NCBI GenBank assembly: GCA_963514005.1
Contig: OY740783.1
Coordinates: 112,344,001 to 112,408,000 of the forward strand
DNA length: 64,000 bases
Direction: 5' to 3'
Source: Raja brachyura
Taxonomy: Eukaryota
Part shown: in pieces, positions 1 through 12,320 of the stretch
Position numbering within the stretch: position 1 is the stretch's first letter
Layout: each line of letters starts with the position of its first letter
The notes under the pieces: model-generated
Seen by the model: the letters and a program-made list of their open reading frames with translations, nothing else
The model's database searches: none
What the model was told of the DNA's origin: nothing
Program-made: the position numbers and the translations under genes

Positions 1-957
1 CGAGGTAATCTCGGTGCCGAGACGAAAAGTCGCTGCCAGCCGCCTCAGCGAAACTGAACGACTCCCGCGCTGATCTGCTCATGCGCCTCTTTTGGCTGAG
101 CTAGGCCCGACTGCCTCCAAGGGCATATGCGGTGTGAAGTCGGCACCCAACGCCGCAGCGTGGTGACCCGACATCCGCGCGGGCTTGCCGACTGTCCTTT
201 TCCTGGACTCGGACGGCGTACGGTCCCGTCCTGCCGCCAAAGGGGGATGCGGTGACCGTGGCGAGACTCCACCTGTATGTCTCCTCCTGGTCCAACTAGG
301 TGGTGAGTCTACACTGGCCCTCCCTGGTCTGCCAATGGACTCGGGTCTCGCTAAACCACCAGTCCGCAATCTAGCGGTCTCTGGTGAGATCTCTGCCCTA
401 AAAGGGCTTAGTTGTTGAGCTCTATCCCTGGCTCTTCGACGAGGGCTCAGGGAGAAGGGCCGTGCAGCAGCACGAGAAACCCGTTTGCTCATATCAGCCA
501 ATGATCCTGTTGGCGATAATGAAATGGAGTCAGGGTCTATCTGCTCCGGCGCCGTACCGACTTCCTGCTCTGCGGGAACCCCGCTTGTGCACTGCTGTGT
601 CGGTGGGTCGGGTCCTGTAAACACAGGGCTCCCCGATTTTCGCGCCTTTTTCCCGGCCCGTCTAGCGGGTGCTGTCGTTGAAGAGAGCTCCGGGTTTAAC
701 GGCCGGCGACTCCTTCCGGAAGTCCTGCGGCCCGTACTCCTATTATCCATGTCCCTGTTGGAGAAAAAATAACCAAACAGCAGGGACCACCAGCTCAAGG
801 TTGCCTGTACTTACCTGAGTGGCCCTTATGTTTTTTAGGGCTGGTGGTGAGCCGCGCTCCACCTCCAGCCGTCGACTGCAAATGCGTAGCGACGATATGT
901 CGTGCATGCGTGCTGGCGGGTTCTTCACAAAGTCACTCACGTAACTCCGAAATGAAA
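1..957 (-). mobile_element. 5' end of a DIRS-like (tyrosine-recombinase) retrotransposon, continuing off the left edge
   Basis: The GC/CpG-rich block ends abruptly at ~957. The minus strand starts TTTCATTTCGGAGTTACGTGAGTGAC (TTT terminus typical of DIRS). A short GT-AG intron-like segment precedes an R/S/P-rich gag-like ORF. No RT or YR domain lies inside the window, so the family call is inference. Confidence 0.5.
79..750 (-). pseudogene. Putative gag-like ORF1 of the DIRS-like element (MDNRSTGRRTSGRSRRP...), probably disrupted
   Basis: Part of ORF 79..798. The ATG at 750-748 lies 4 nt after a CAG|G acceptor. Low-complexity basic/Ser/Pro sequence with no recognisable domain. Confidence 0.35.
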
Positions 958-1469
958 TCCAATGGTGGCATGCACACCTAATCTATATTTGTTTTGCACA
1001 GGAGCTAATAGAAGTAGCGCGAGGTAGAACATTTATTTCAGTGTAAAATTGTATAGGATGTGAAATAAAGTGGAGGAAAAAATGTGAAAAAAACAACAGA
1101 AAAATATTAACAATCTAATTTCTATCTTACTATGATTTACTTCAAATAATCAAGCTGAAGGGATGAGATTCCATATTTGTAAACTTCTTTTCTAAATGCC
1201 AGAGTGATGGTTCAACTGTAATCAAGACCTATCACTTACAATTTAATGCACTCCATCCTTTTCTGAAGAATGTAGTAATTATACACATATCCACTTTATG
1301 TGCTTCAGTTCTGCGTCTTTGATTGGTTCCCAATGCCTCGGACAAGCAGCTCCACACAGACAGCAAGCCCCCGGATAATGGGGCCTGGGCATCACACAGC
1401 ATTCAATCAGTCTGCTTCACCAAAATCTGCAACATCCCTTAAGAACTAACTCTGCAACAGTAAGGCAAC

Positions 1470-1650
1470 CCCTCAGTACTGCCTCTTCGATATTGTAGCT
1501 TCCCCTCAGTACAGCTGACCTAAAGCACAGCATTCTCTTAGTTCTATCCCTGCTTCAGTGCACTACTCATGGAGCACTGAGCATTTTCCTTGTTTTCTCC
1601 CAACAACAGTACCGTATTGCCTCAGTACTGCCCATCCAACAGTTTCACAT
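1470..1650 (-). repeat. Degenerate ~33-bp minisatellite related to the Deu-SINE core (CCCTCAGTACTG units)
   Basis: Recurrent CCTCAGTAC motif; reverse complement of the ACTGAGGG units at 7685-8120. Confidence 0.5.
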
Positions 1651-2149
1651 GCCTTCTCTGCTGACCCTGACTCCTTTAGTTCAGGCAAATGTTTGACCAT
1701 GTTAACACACAAATTAGGAGCAGGAATGGCTCCCGAGCCTGCACCAATGTTCAATAAAATTATGGTTGATTTGGTGTGATCTCACCGCCACATTCACACT
1801 GACTCTGATGATAACCTTTCACCTCCTTAAAATATTAATTTCTGTCCCTTGAGGAAGAATTTAGCAAAAGCCTTATTCGGGAGTATCCATCATGAATCTA
1901 CGGCACATTATTTGAATTCTGAATCCTCTATGAAACCATGATATGTTTGCGATTATTCTGGCTTCCCTCATTATAAGGTAGTCAGTCCAATGGAAAATTG
2001 CTTCAGGCTTTGACATTTGTATTGATACCTGAGTATATTTTGTGAATTATGAATTGATCTTTGTTAAGATAGCTTCCAACCCCAGTAATTACTTTCTATT
2101 TAATGATCGTCATTTGTTTTATAATTGACATCATGCTACATTTACTGTA

Positions 2150-2680
2150 TACAGACCATATAAAGTAGAAATATTTCCAGAGTGCAAAATAGAGTCATCA
2201 AACAAACGTTGATGTCAAATCACTTTGGTAGATTTGGGGTAATTGAGTAAAGGCTTGTTCAATGGGATAGATTGTTTTGAGTGTATTAAAGACACTGAGA
2301 GGAAGAGAATTTTAAGTAGAGACCCTTGATAGTCGATTGTGAATCTTTTCAATTTAGGGATGACCATGGAGTCAGAATTGGAGGAGTCCAGAGACTGTTA
2401 GGACCTGTGGGATATTACAGGCCACAAGAGTGAGAGGTTGCAGAATGAGTTGGATAAAAAGTGAGATTATGGAATTGCTTAACTTAGAATCACGTCAGAA
2501 AACAAAGGATGATGAAACATGTGTAAGTCAGGGTCCAAGCAACAAAGTTTTGGGTGAGAAATTGACAAAGGGTAAAATGCTGGAAGGTGACCAGGAGTGC
2601 ATTGGAGTGGCTAAATCACAAGAATACAGGAGCATGACTGAGGTGTCAGTAGCAACCAAGCAGAGGTCAGAACCAGCTAA
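2150..2680 (-). mobile_element. Old, highly diverged L2-like LINE 3' fragment
   Basis: Purine-rich antisense sequence resembling an L2 RT C-terminal region (e.g. CCAGGAGTGCATTGGAGTGG...GCATGACTGAGGTGTCAGTAGC). Recognised by pattern only. Confidence 0.35.
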
Positions 2681-5239
2681 ACAAGAATGCAGAGACAGAA
2701 ACAGCTGGTATTGGTGCTCTGGGAGAGGTTCTGTGTGGAAGCTCATCTCAGTTTACAGACACCAACGATGCAATGTTGAATTCTGCTGCGTAGACATTAC
2801 AAGGGATTGAGTGGTCTGATTCACATTTGTGGCCCAGCAAGGGGGTTGGGCCTCTTCCGTTACCTGTGTAACAGTTCCACCGTTTTATCACAGACTGGGC
2901 TGTGAAATAAATAGCCTGCTGCAGGTAACCCTTTGGTTAATGTTGTATCAGGAAATGATCAATAAAATATATAATTATAATAAAGACTTTAGATGTAAAA
3001 TTTGTTTTCATTTTCTAATAGTACATGATCCCATTTTTGAATTTTTTGCAGCACACTTAAACAACTCTGAGAAACATTTGGAAGCCCATAGCCTTCAGAT
3101 GTCACCGGGAGCATGAGGGGGAATGAAAGGGAGCTTGAGCTTTCAGGATAGATTTCCTGTATATGGAAGGTAGCAGATGTTGATATTGGCAGTACTCTAG
3201 GGGGGGCAGGGGCTTTGGAGTTGTCTGGCTATGGGGACTGGGGTTCCTGGACTGCTGTGCTGACAGGTTTGTTTGTACAGCACGGAGCAATGTTGTTGGA
3301 GCAGTTTCATTTTTCACTCAATGCCTGGAAAAGCCTCAGCAGGGTTAGTTTATTGTCGGATCTGTACATGGTTGAACCCAGAAGCTATTCAGCTGCTCAG
3401 TGGGAATAAGGGGTTGTTTGAAGAGGGTGTTTATAATCTGGAAAAGCAGCAAAATGCCTTGACTTTGAAATGTCATCTCAGTGCGATAGAATGGTGCGGT
3501 CACACCGAATGTGTGCGCTGTGTGGGTGTGAGGGAAGGGAACTGTGTTGCAATAGACTCATTGCAATGTGATACGATGACCCAGAAAAGATACTGTACAG
3601 TCAGAGAATACAACTTGCACAAATGTCAGAGTACAATTTACAAAAGTATCAACACCAAATATTGACTGATTTATTAAACTTGGCAAGGGAGGCAAAGAAC
3701 AGAATGTGTGAGAGAGATGGAGTGGAAAGGAGGTAGAGTAAAAAATAAAAAGTAGAAGAAAACACAATTGAAGGCAAGAGGGAAGGAGGCAGTTTGAGAG
3801 GGTGAGAGAAACAGAGGAAGGAAGAGAATGGCAAAGGGGAGTCTTCATATTGTTGAATGAAAAGAAGAGGTGAGGGTGAGAGACTGGAACAGATAGGTAA
3901 AGAGAAAACAGTGGGAGACACGGGTAGCGAGTGCAAGTGAGAGACACTTTAGGAGTACCAAGCAAGGCCATGAAAGCAATGTGGACAGAGTGCTCATGAA
4001 TAAAACTAATCATTGGCAGGAATGTAGCTCATCATTATCCAGTGTATTATATCAATAATAGAAAGGGAGGTGACCTTGTGGAGACCTAGTTTATTAAGAG
4101 GGAGAAAGTAAAAACTAATGAATACCAAGTCCAGTAATAGAAGCCAACTTACCAGATATCTTGAAATAAATATTGTCCAGTGAGAATTTTAAAGGGAAGA
4201 TTTTGTCCAAATACTCATGTACCTGTCACTTGATGATTGAATCAGTTTTGATGGAAGTTTCCGGCCTGATTGTGAACACACGTGGTTGGTTATTAGGGCA
4301 GGGTTGTAAGATGCACCTGATTGGGGAATGTAAGCTCTCTGACCACAGTGCTGGCGTGGGCTGCTGATGAATTGGCAAGAGGGAGGATGCTCTGGTTGTG
4401 CAACTATGCAATGGGCTCTAATATGGAGAGCTGAACAGCTGATGATTCATAGCTTCTTTTGTGTGGAGTTAAATCAGAAGCAACCCAGGGCCGTGCCAGT
4501 TACCCAGTTGAGAATAAGTAAGCAGTGAGGGAAACCACTAACCAATTGTTAATTTAGGCTTGCCACTTAGAAAAACAAGGAGAGCTGGAGGAATCGTACT
4601 TTTAGATGTCCAGTAAAAAAATTTGGTTAGACCACACTTGGAGTGCTGTGAATGCATCTGGTTGCCAGATTAGAAAGAGATCTTTGAGTCACCAGACAGC
4701 ATATTGAACAGATACACTGGGACAGTACCATCAGTAGTAGAGCCATTAGTAGTAGAGCGTCACAGCTAGGGCAATTAAGAGTTCTGTGAACCTGGGTTCA
4801 GGGGAGACTGGAGGATGAGAGGTAATCATGGGGATAAATACGATCACAGATTATCACAGTGCACTGAAATCCTAGATGTTCTGGCAGTGGCCAACGATGT
4901 TTGTTTGGACTCATTGTCAAGGTAATGTTTTGGATTAATTTGCACAACTATTGTATGTCAACTTCAGTTATTGGATGAATGGTGAAATGACTCTGGTCTG
5001 CATTGCAATTTCACCAAGGTAAAGTATATTTTCAGGTATGTAATGCTGAAATAAACAGCGGAGCAGGAACAAACTTGTCGGCCTGGAGTCTGTGCGGGAG
5101 TTTGGAATGGGTCTTTCTGCCAGGAAGATGTTGGGCAATGTCAGTACAGACCTGTGAGTTGTAATCAGATCCAGCAGCTGATTGTGGAGCTCCTGGAGGG
5201 ATTGAGCAACCATTTGGGAACAAGGTGTTGTGGAGAGGT

Positions 5240-5330
5240 ACACAAAAGGCTGGAGAAACTCAGCGGGTGCTGCAGCATCTAAGCAGTGAAGGAGATAGGT
5301 GACATTTCGGGTCGAGACCCTTCTTCAGAC
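5240..5330 (-). mobile_element. 91-bp Penelope-derived element with hammerhead motif and 13-bp TSD
   Basis: Minus strand reads GTCTGAAGAAGGGTCTCGACCCGAAATGTCACC...CCAGCCTTTTGTG. Flanked by the perfect direct repeat GTTGTGGAGAGGT (5227-5239, 5331-5343). Confidence 0.8.
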
Positions 5331-6409
5331 GTTGTGGAGAGGTTGTTGGTCCTACCACAGCTGGTGAACCCTCTTGGCAGTCAACACTCCGGATCAGTAT
5401 TTTCATGAAATATGTGTTGGAAAACGATTCATGATTTGGTGAAGCGGCTGGAATCATGTTCCACGTTACAAAAATACAAATGTCCTTCGGCCACCCCCTT
5501 TCTGTAGTTGGGGGAAGGGGAGGGTGGCTGGATGTGGTGGGTGTGATTGTGGGAAGCCCCACCATCATTTTGAGAGTTTCATGGTGAGTGGGCAAGATGT
5601 TAACTTGCGCTAAACATTTGCCGGCAAAATTCCCTCAGTAACCAGAAGGCCAGAAAATATGATATATAAAAAGCTTTTGTCAAAATGAGGCAGACAGGCA
5701 GTTCAATCTGAATCCCTTCTATCTTTTAGATGAAAGTAAGGAACTATCAAACAAGAGCACAGTTATAGCCAGTGAAATCTGCTACTGGGGACAATATAAA
5801 CACTTTATGCAACCACACAGTCTGATCCATTTGACTGTCTGGACAGCAGGTCCCTCGACACCAGAGAGACAGTTATCAGACCAGAAGTGGTCAATGCAGC
5901 ATGTCTAATGGTGCAAAGATGTCCTAAGGACTTAGTAATGTCCCAATACATTCTGTAAATAGCCTTTTTGCTCCCTGGTTCTTAATACAAACAATTCTAT
6001 TAAAGAAGGATGTTCTGCCACAGCACATTTCAAGAACTCTAGTCGTCCTATTGCTATTTTGACATGCCGCCTGGGTTTAGTCATAGCAGAGTGGCTTTCT
6101 CCTATTATTTTTTTTTTTAACCAGACAACTGAAAATGAAAAGAGAGCTTCCTTGGCAGAAAATTGACTTGAATTTTTATTTGCAAATTGGAAGGGTTGTC
6201 TTGTTTCTTTCCTACTGCACATACACTGACACCAGACCATTACGCTGCACCCATCAGGCAACAACGGAGTCTGTTGGATTTATATTTAACTGTTTCCTCC
6301 TCATGTAATCATGGCATATCTTTTTAGCTTTGTTTGGAATTTGCTGCTTGCTTGCCATCAGAGTTATGTTTCACATTGTGAAAATGTGAAAACCCTTTCC
6401 TTATTTCCG

Positions 6410-6850
6410 TATTTAGGTAGTGAGGGGAGGAATGTTCTTATCACCTAGTATTGAGAGAGATATTGATGAGAGAGAAGTTGTGCATGTGCTGGGGGTTATG
6501 GGGAGAAGGCAGGAGAATGGGGTCAAGAGAGAAAGATAGATCAGCCTTGATTGAATGGTGTAGACTTGGTAGGCTGAATGGCCTAATTCTGCTCCTATCA
6601 CTTATGAAGAACTGCTATTACAGAAACCAGCACAGCTATTTAATCCTCAATACGAGTTTCAAACAGAGTGCCACGATTTTAAATCTCGGTGGCTGCGGAT
6701 TTGAGTCATCTTTAAATAAGAGTGAAGTGCCGGAAGACTGGAGGGTGGCAAATGATGTTCCTCTATTTAAGAAAGACTGCAGGAAAAGTACAGGCAAGTG
6801 AGACCTCTGTGGTCAGAAAATTACTAGAGAGTATTCTGAGGGCTAAGATT
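6410..6850 (+). mobile_element. CR1 LINE fragments (3' tail and RT piece VPEDWRVANDVPLFKK)
   Basis: CR1 tail GGCTGAATGGCCTAATTCTGCTCCTAT; ORF 6451..6801 contains the CR1 RT motif. Confidence 0.7.
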
Positions 6851-6959
6851 ACAGCAGTGGTTCCACTGGCGTGGTGTGATGGAATAAGGGTGTATACGAT
6901 CATGAGGTGAATAGATAGGGGGAAAAAAAACTGTCTTTTGGACAGGAACATGGATAGGT

Positions 6960-7070
6960 GACCCAAATCGTCACCAAACCATGTTCTCCAGAGATGCTAC
7001 CTAACCCACTGTATTATTCCAGCACTGTGTCTTTCGTTGTAAACTAGTATTTGAAGTTCCTTGTGTCCAC
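6960..7070 (+). mobile_element. Degenerate Penelope pLTR/3' fragment
   Basis: CTCCAGAGATGCT...CCAGCACTGTGTC similarity to the other copies. Confidence 0.55.
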
Positions 7071-7224
7071 ATTTACTGAATTCTGTCATGCTATAAGATT
7101 TTCCTTGTCCTTTTACCTGTTCAGTAATCATGTATGTGACATTTTATTGACTTCCTTCTGGAGTATTGTGAACAGTTTTCATCACATGTTAAAGGAAAGA
7201 TGTTGTTAAGCAGGAAAGGGAAGA

Positions 7225-7682
7225 GAGAAATTTACAAGGATGTTGCTTGGATCGAGGGCCTGAGCTATAGGGAGAGGTTTGAGCAGGCTAGGATTTTATT
7301 CCTTGGAGCACAGGAAGATGTGAGGTAATCTTGTAGAGGTGTACAAGGTCATGAAAGGAATAGATAGGGTAAATGCACAGTCTTTTTCCCATTGTAGAGG
7401 ATTTAAGAACCAGAGGACATGGGTTTCAAATGAGGGGGGAAAGATTTAGTAGGAACCTGAGTGGCAGCTTTTTTTAATACACAAAGGGTGGTAGGTATAT
7501 GGAAAGAGATGCCATAGGAGGTAGGTCAAGGCAGGTATTATTATAACTTTAAAAAAAACATTTGGACATGGATAGGATAGGTTTGGAGGGATATGGGCTA
7601 CATGCAGGACGTGTAGATGGGGCATGTTGGCGGATGTGGAGAAGTTGAGCTGAAGGGCCTGTTACCAGGCTGTATGACTATT
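7225..7682 (+). mobile_element. CR1 LINE 3' fragment
   Basis: Decayed FTRML..LSYRERL..RTRGH-type coding remnants and tail GCTGAAGGGCCTGTT...TGTATGACT. Confidence 0.75.
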
Positions 7683-7684
7683 AC

Positions 7685-8122
7685 TACTGAGGGAGCATCA
7701 CACTGTCAGAGAAGCACTAAAGACGAACCACTGCATTGTTGAGAATGTAGAAAGTGCTGCACTGTTGAAAGGATAATGCTGAGGGTAATACTGTACCATC
7801 AGGAAAGTAATACTGGGGGAATATTGCACTGTTGGAGGGGAAATACTGAGGGAGTATTGCTTTGTCGTCAGGGCAATACTGAGGAATATTGCATTGTTAG
7901 AAGTGCAGCACTGAAGGAGTTCTGCACTTGTGGAGGAGCAAAGCTGAGGGGTTACTATACTGTCAGTACTGAGAGAAAAATGCACTGTTGGAGAGGCAGT
8001 GCTTGATGGTATGCAATGCCACTGCAAGAACGATACTGAGGGAATGATGCTCGGTAGTGAGGGCCATGCTGGGACAGTACTGCAGAGAGACAATGCTGAA
8101 GAAGAACTGTGCTATTGGAAGG
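7685..8122 (+). repeat. Diverged ~33-bp tandem array (ACTGAGGGAnTGCTGCACTGTTGGAGGGnCAnT) related to the Deu-SINE core
   Basis: About a dozen units with CTGAGG...GCACTGT periodicity. The array resumes after the CR1 at 12333-12383. Confidence 0.65.
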
Positions 8123-8124
8123 GT

Positions 8125-11100
8125 GGAATGGAGGGTGAACTACAGAGTCTTTGGCTCAAGAGTCTTCGACGAGGCTGAGGAGACTATGCAAAAAGCTGGA
8201 GAGGATGGGACACGGTGAACACATGACGGGTAAGATGAGGCAGCGTGATGCTTGCAGGATGTGGGTGGCCAGGGACATGGATGGAGCCTCTGGCTGCTAC
8301 AACTGTGGCAAGTGAGTCCAGGTTCAGCTCCTGAAGAACCGTGTTGGGGCACTGGAGAAGCAGCTGGATGACCTCGGGGCCATCTGGGAAAATGAGTTTC
8401 CTGGACAGGACCTACAGTGAGGTTGTCATGCCGATGATTTGGGAAGAACGAAGGTGGGTGACTGAAAGGGTGGTAACCGTGCAGTGCAGGAGACCCACGT
8501 GGCTGTGCCTAATGAAAACAGGTACGCCCTCTTCGGAACTGTCGGGGAAGATGACGCTTCCAGTCCGAGTGGTGGACACGTCAGTGGCTCCAATCCTAGA
8601 GATGAGACACGGCTAGCGAGACCGGCGTCGGGCAGAGCTATAGTGGTGGGTGACTCCATTGTTCGAGGTGCGGACAGGAGATTCTGTGGCGGCAGGCGTG
8701 ACACGAGGATGGTCTGTTGCCTCCCTGGTGCCAGGGTGCAAGATGTCACGCACCGATTTCAGAACATCCTCTAGAGGGAAGGTGAACAGCCGGCAGTAGT
8801 TGTGCACATAGGCACAAACAACATTGGGAAGAAGAGGAAGGAGGTTCTGCAACGTGAGTTCAGAGAGTTAGGAAGAAGATTGAAAAGCAGGACTTCTAGA
8901 GTGGTTATCTTCCAGTACTTCTAGGGTGATTGTTTCCAGTACCTCGTGCTAGTGAGGACAGGAACAGGGAGATAGAATGTGTGGCTGAGGAGCTGGTGCA
9001 GGGAGCAAGGATTTAGATTTATAGACCACTGGGATCTCTTCTGGGGTAGGGGTGACCTGTACAAAAGGGACGGGTTACACCTCAACTGGAGGGGGACTGA
9101 CGTTCTGGCAGGCATATTTGCTTGGGCTACACATGTGGGTTTAAACTAAATAGTGTGTGGGAGGGATTGACTAATAGGGAGTATAAAGATGGAGTTGAAG
9201 GGGAAGTGAGTGCAGGAAAAGTTACAAAACACTCTTGAATTAATTGGAAAGAGAGTTTGAGATGGGATAAGAGAGTAAGGTCAGGGCCAATTGCGAGCGG
9301 TGCGAGAGGGGAGGTGAATACCGAGGTCAAAGTGTTGTATATGAATGCGCGAAGTATAAGAAATAAAGTGGACGAGCTTGAGGCTCAGTTAGAAATTGGC
9401 AAGTATGATGTTGTGGGAATTACAGAGACATGGCTACAAGAGGGCCAGGGCTGGGAACTGAATATTCAAGGATATACCTTCTATTGAAAAGACAGACAGG
9501 TGGGCTGAGGGGGTGCGTTAGCTCTGTTGGTGAGGAATGAAATTCAGTCCCTTGCAAGGGGTGACATTGAAACAGGAGATGTGGAGTCAGTATGGATTGA
9601 ACTAAGGAATTGTAAGGGTAAAAATACACTAATGGGACATCTACAGGCCCCCAACCAGTAGCCTGGATATAGGGTGCAAGTTGAATCTGGAGTTAAAATT
9701 GGCATGTAGTAAAGGTAATGCTACGGTTGTAATGGGAGATTTCAACATGCAGGTAGATTGGGAAAATCAGGTTTGTACTGGACCCCAAGAAAGGGAGTTT
9801 GTGGAGTGCCTCCGTGATGGATTCTTAGAGCAGCTCGTATTGGGAGAAGGCAATTCTGGATTTAGTGTAATGTAATGAACCAGATTTGATAAAGGAACTT
9901 GAGGTACTTCTTCTTCTTTCGTGTGGCGTGCACAGCCTAAAGTTGTAGGACAACTTGTTCTATTTTATCTTCCGTTTGTGCACGTCGAGTTGATTGCATT
10001 AGTCGAAACAGGGCTGTCCACGTGAAGGTTGCAATCTTCCACCCCAACTTGAGGTTAAGGAGCCATTAGGCGGTAGTGATCATAATATGGTCAAGTTTAA
10101 TCTACAATTGGAGAGGGAAAAGGGTAAATCAGAGGTGTCAGTGTTACAGTTGAACAAAGGGGACTGTGGAGCATGAGGGAGGAGCTGGCCAAAGTTAACT
10201 GGAAAGATACCCTAGCAGGGATGACCGTGAAATAACAATGGCAGGTATTTCTGAGAATAATTCAGAAGGTGCAGGATCAGTTCATTCCAAAGAGGAAGAA
10301 AGATTCCAAGGGGAGTAAGGGTCGACCGTGGCTGACAAGGGACGTCAGGGACAGTATAAAAATAAAAGAGAAGCAAGAGAAGGATTGGGTAATGTTTAAA
10401 GAGCAACAGAAGATAACAAAAAAGCAAATACATGGAGAAAAGATGAGTTACGAAGGTAAGCTAGCCAAGAATATAAAGGAGGATAGTAAAAGCTTCTTTA
10501 GGTATGTGAAGAGGAAAAAATTAGTTAAGACCAAAGTTGGACCCTTGAAGACTGAAAAAGGTAAATTTATTATGGGAACAAGGAAATGGCAGATGAGTTG
10601 AACAGGTACTTTGGATCCGTCTTCACTAAGGAGGACACAAACAATCTTCCTGATGTACTAGTGGCAGGGATCTGGGGTGAAGGAGGAACTGAAGAAAATC
10701 CACATTAGGCAGGAAATGGTGCTGTGTAGACTGATGGGACTGAAGGCTGATAAATCTCCAGGGCCTGGTGGTCTGCATCCCAGTGTACTTAAGGAAGTAG
10801 CTCTCGAAATCGTGGACGCATTGGTGATAATTTTCCAATGTTCTATAGATTCAGGATCAGTTCCTGTGGATTGGAGGGTAGCTAATGTCATCCCACTTTT
10901 TAAGAAAGGCAGTAGAGAGAAAATTGAATAATAGACCAGTTAGCCTGACATTGGTGGTGGGGAAGATGCTGGAGTCAATCATAAAAGATGAAATAGCGGC
11001 ACATTTGGATAGCAGTAACAGGATCGGTCTGAGTCAGCATGGATTTACGAAGGGGAAATCAAGCTTGACTAATCTTCTGCAATCTTTTGAGGTTGTAAGT

Positions 11101-12320
11101 AGGAAAATGGACAAGGGAGAGCCAGTGGATGTAGTGTACCTGGACTTTCAGAAAGCATTTGATAAGGTCCCACATAGGAGATTAGCAGGCAAAATTAGGG
11201 CACATGGTATTGGGGGTAGAGTGCTGACATGGATAGAAAATCGGTTGGCAGACAGGAAACAAAGAGTAGGAATTAACGCTTCCCTTTCAGAATGGCAGGC
11301 AGTGACTAGTGGGGTACCGCACAGTTCGGTGCTGGGACCGTAGCTATTTACAATATACATCAGTGATTTAGATGAAGGGATTCAAAGTAACATTAGCCAC
11401 TTTGCAGATGACACAAAGCTGGGTGGCAGTGTGAACTGTGAGGAGGATGCCATGAGAATGCAGGGTGACTTTGACAGGTTGGGTGAGTGGGCAGATTGAC
11501 GGCAGATGACGTTTAATGTGGATAAAAGTGAGGTTATCCACTTTGGTAGCAAAAACTGGAAAGAAGATTATTATCTAAATGGTGTCAAGTTGGGAAAAGG
11601 GGAAGTACAATGGGATCTGGGGACACTAGTTCATCAGTCAATGAAAGTAAGCATGCAGGTACAGCAGGCAGTGAAGAAAGCGAATGGCATGTTGGCCTTT
11701 ATAACAAGAGGAGTTGAGAATAGGAGCAAAGAGGTCCTTTTGCAGTTTGTACAGGGCCCTAGTGAGACCACACCTGGAGTATTGTGAGCAGTTTTGGTCC
11801 CCTAATTTGAGGAAGAACATTCTTGCTATTGAGGGAGCGCAGCGTAGGTTTACAAGGTTAATTCCCGGGATGGCGAGACTGTCATATGCTGAGAGAATGG
11901 AGTGGTTGGGCTTATATACTCTGGAGTTTAGAAGGATGAGAGGGGGTCTTATTGAAACATATAAGATTATAAAGGGTTTGGACATGCTAGAGGGAGGTAA
12001 CATGCTACCGATGTTGGGTGAGTCCAGAACCAGGGGCCACTATTTAAGAATAAGGGGTAAGCCATTTAGAATGGAGATGAGGAAACACTTTCTCACACAG
12101 AGTTGTGAGTCTGTGGCATTCTCTGCCTCGGAGGGTGGTGGAGGCCAGTTCTCTGGATACTTTCAAGAGAGAGCTAGATAGGGCTCTTAAAGATAGCGGA
12201 GTCAGGGGATATGGGGAGAAGGCAGGAACGGGGTACTGCTAGGGTGATCAGCATTGATCACATTGAATGGCGGTGCTGGCTCAAAGGGCCGAATGGCCTC
12301 CTCCTGCACCTATTGTCTTT
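8125..12320 (+). mobile_element. Near-full-length decayed CR1 LINE (ORF1 SGNH-esterase; ORF2 APE endonuclease + RT)
   Basis: ORF1 IVVGDSIVRGADRRFCG..VCCLPGARVQDV. ORF2 LYMNARSIRNKVDELE..GITETWL, VMGDFN, RPVSLT..GKMLESII, YLDFQKAFDKVPH, FADDTKL, YRALVRPHLEYC. CR1 tail GGGCCGAATGGCCTCCTCCTGCACCTATTGTC. Many stops and frameshifts. Confidence 0.95.
9906..10045 (-). mobile_element. 140-bp SINE-like retroposon with (GAA)n tail nested in CR1 ORF2
   Basis: Perfect 10-bp TSD AACTTGAGGT (9896-9905, 10046-10055). The minus strand starts GGGGTGGAAGATTGC and ends ACGAAAGAAGAAGAAG. It interrupts the CR1 endonuclease region. Confidence 0.85.

Noticed and set aside
3558-4013. 151-aa ORF in a purine-rich tract
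   Set aside because: Low-complexity GA-rich DNA giving a Leu/Ser/Phe-biased spurious translation.
8125-12320. CR1 as an active or domesticated RT gene
   Set aside because: Multiple stops, frameshifts, deletions and a SINE insertion in ORF2.
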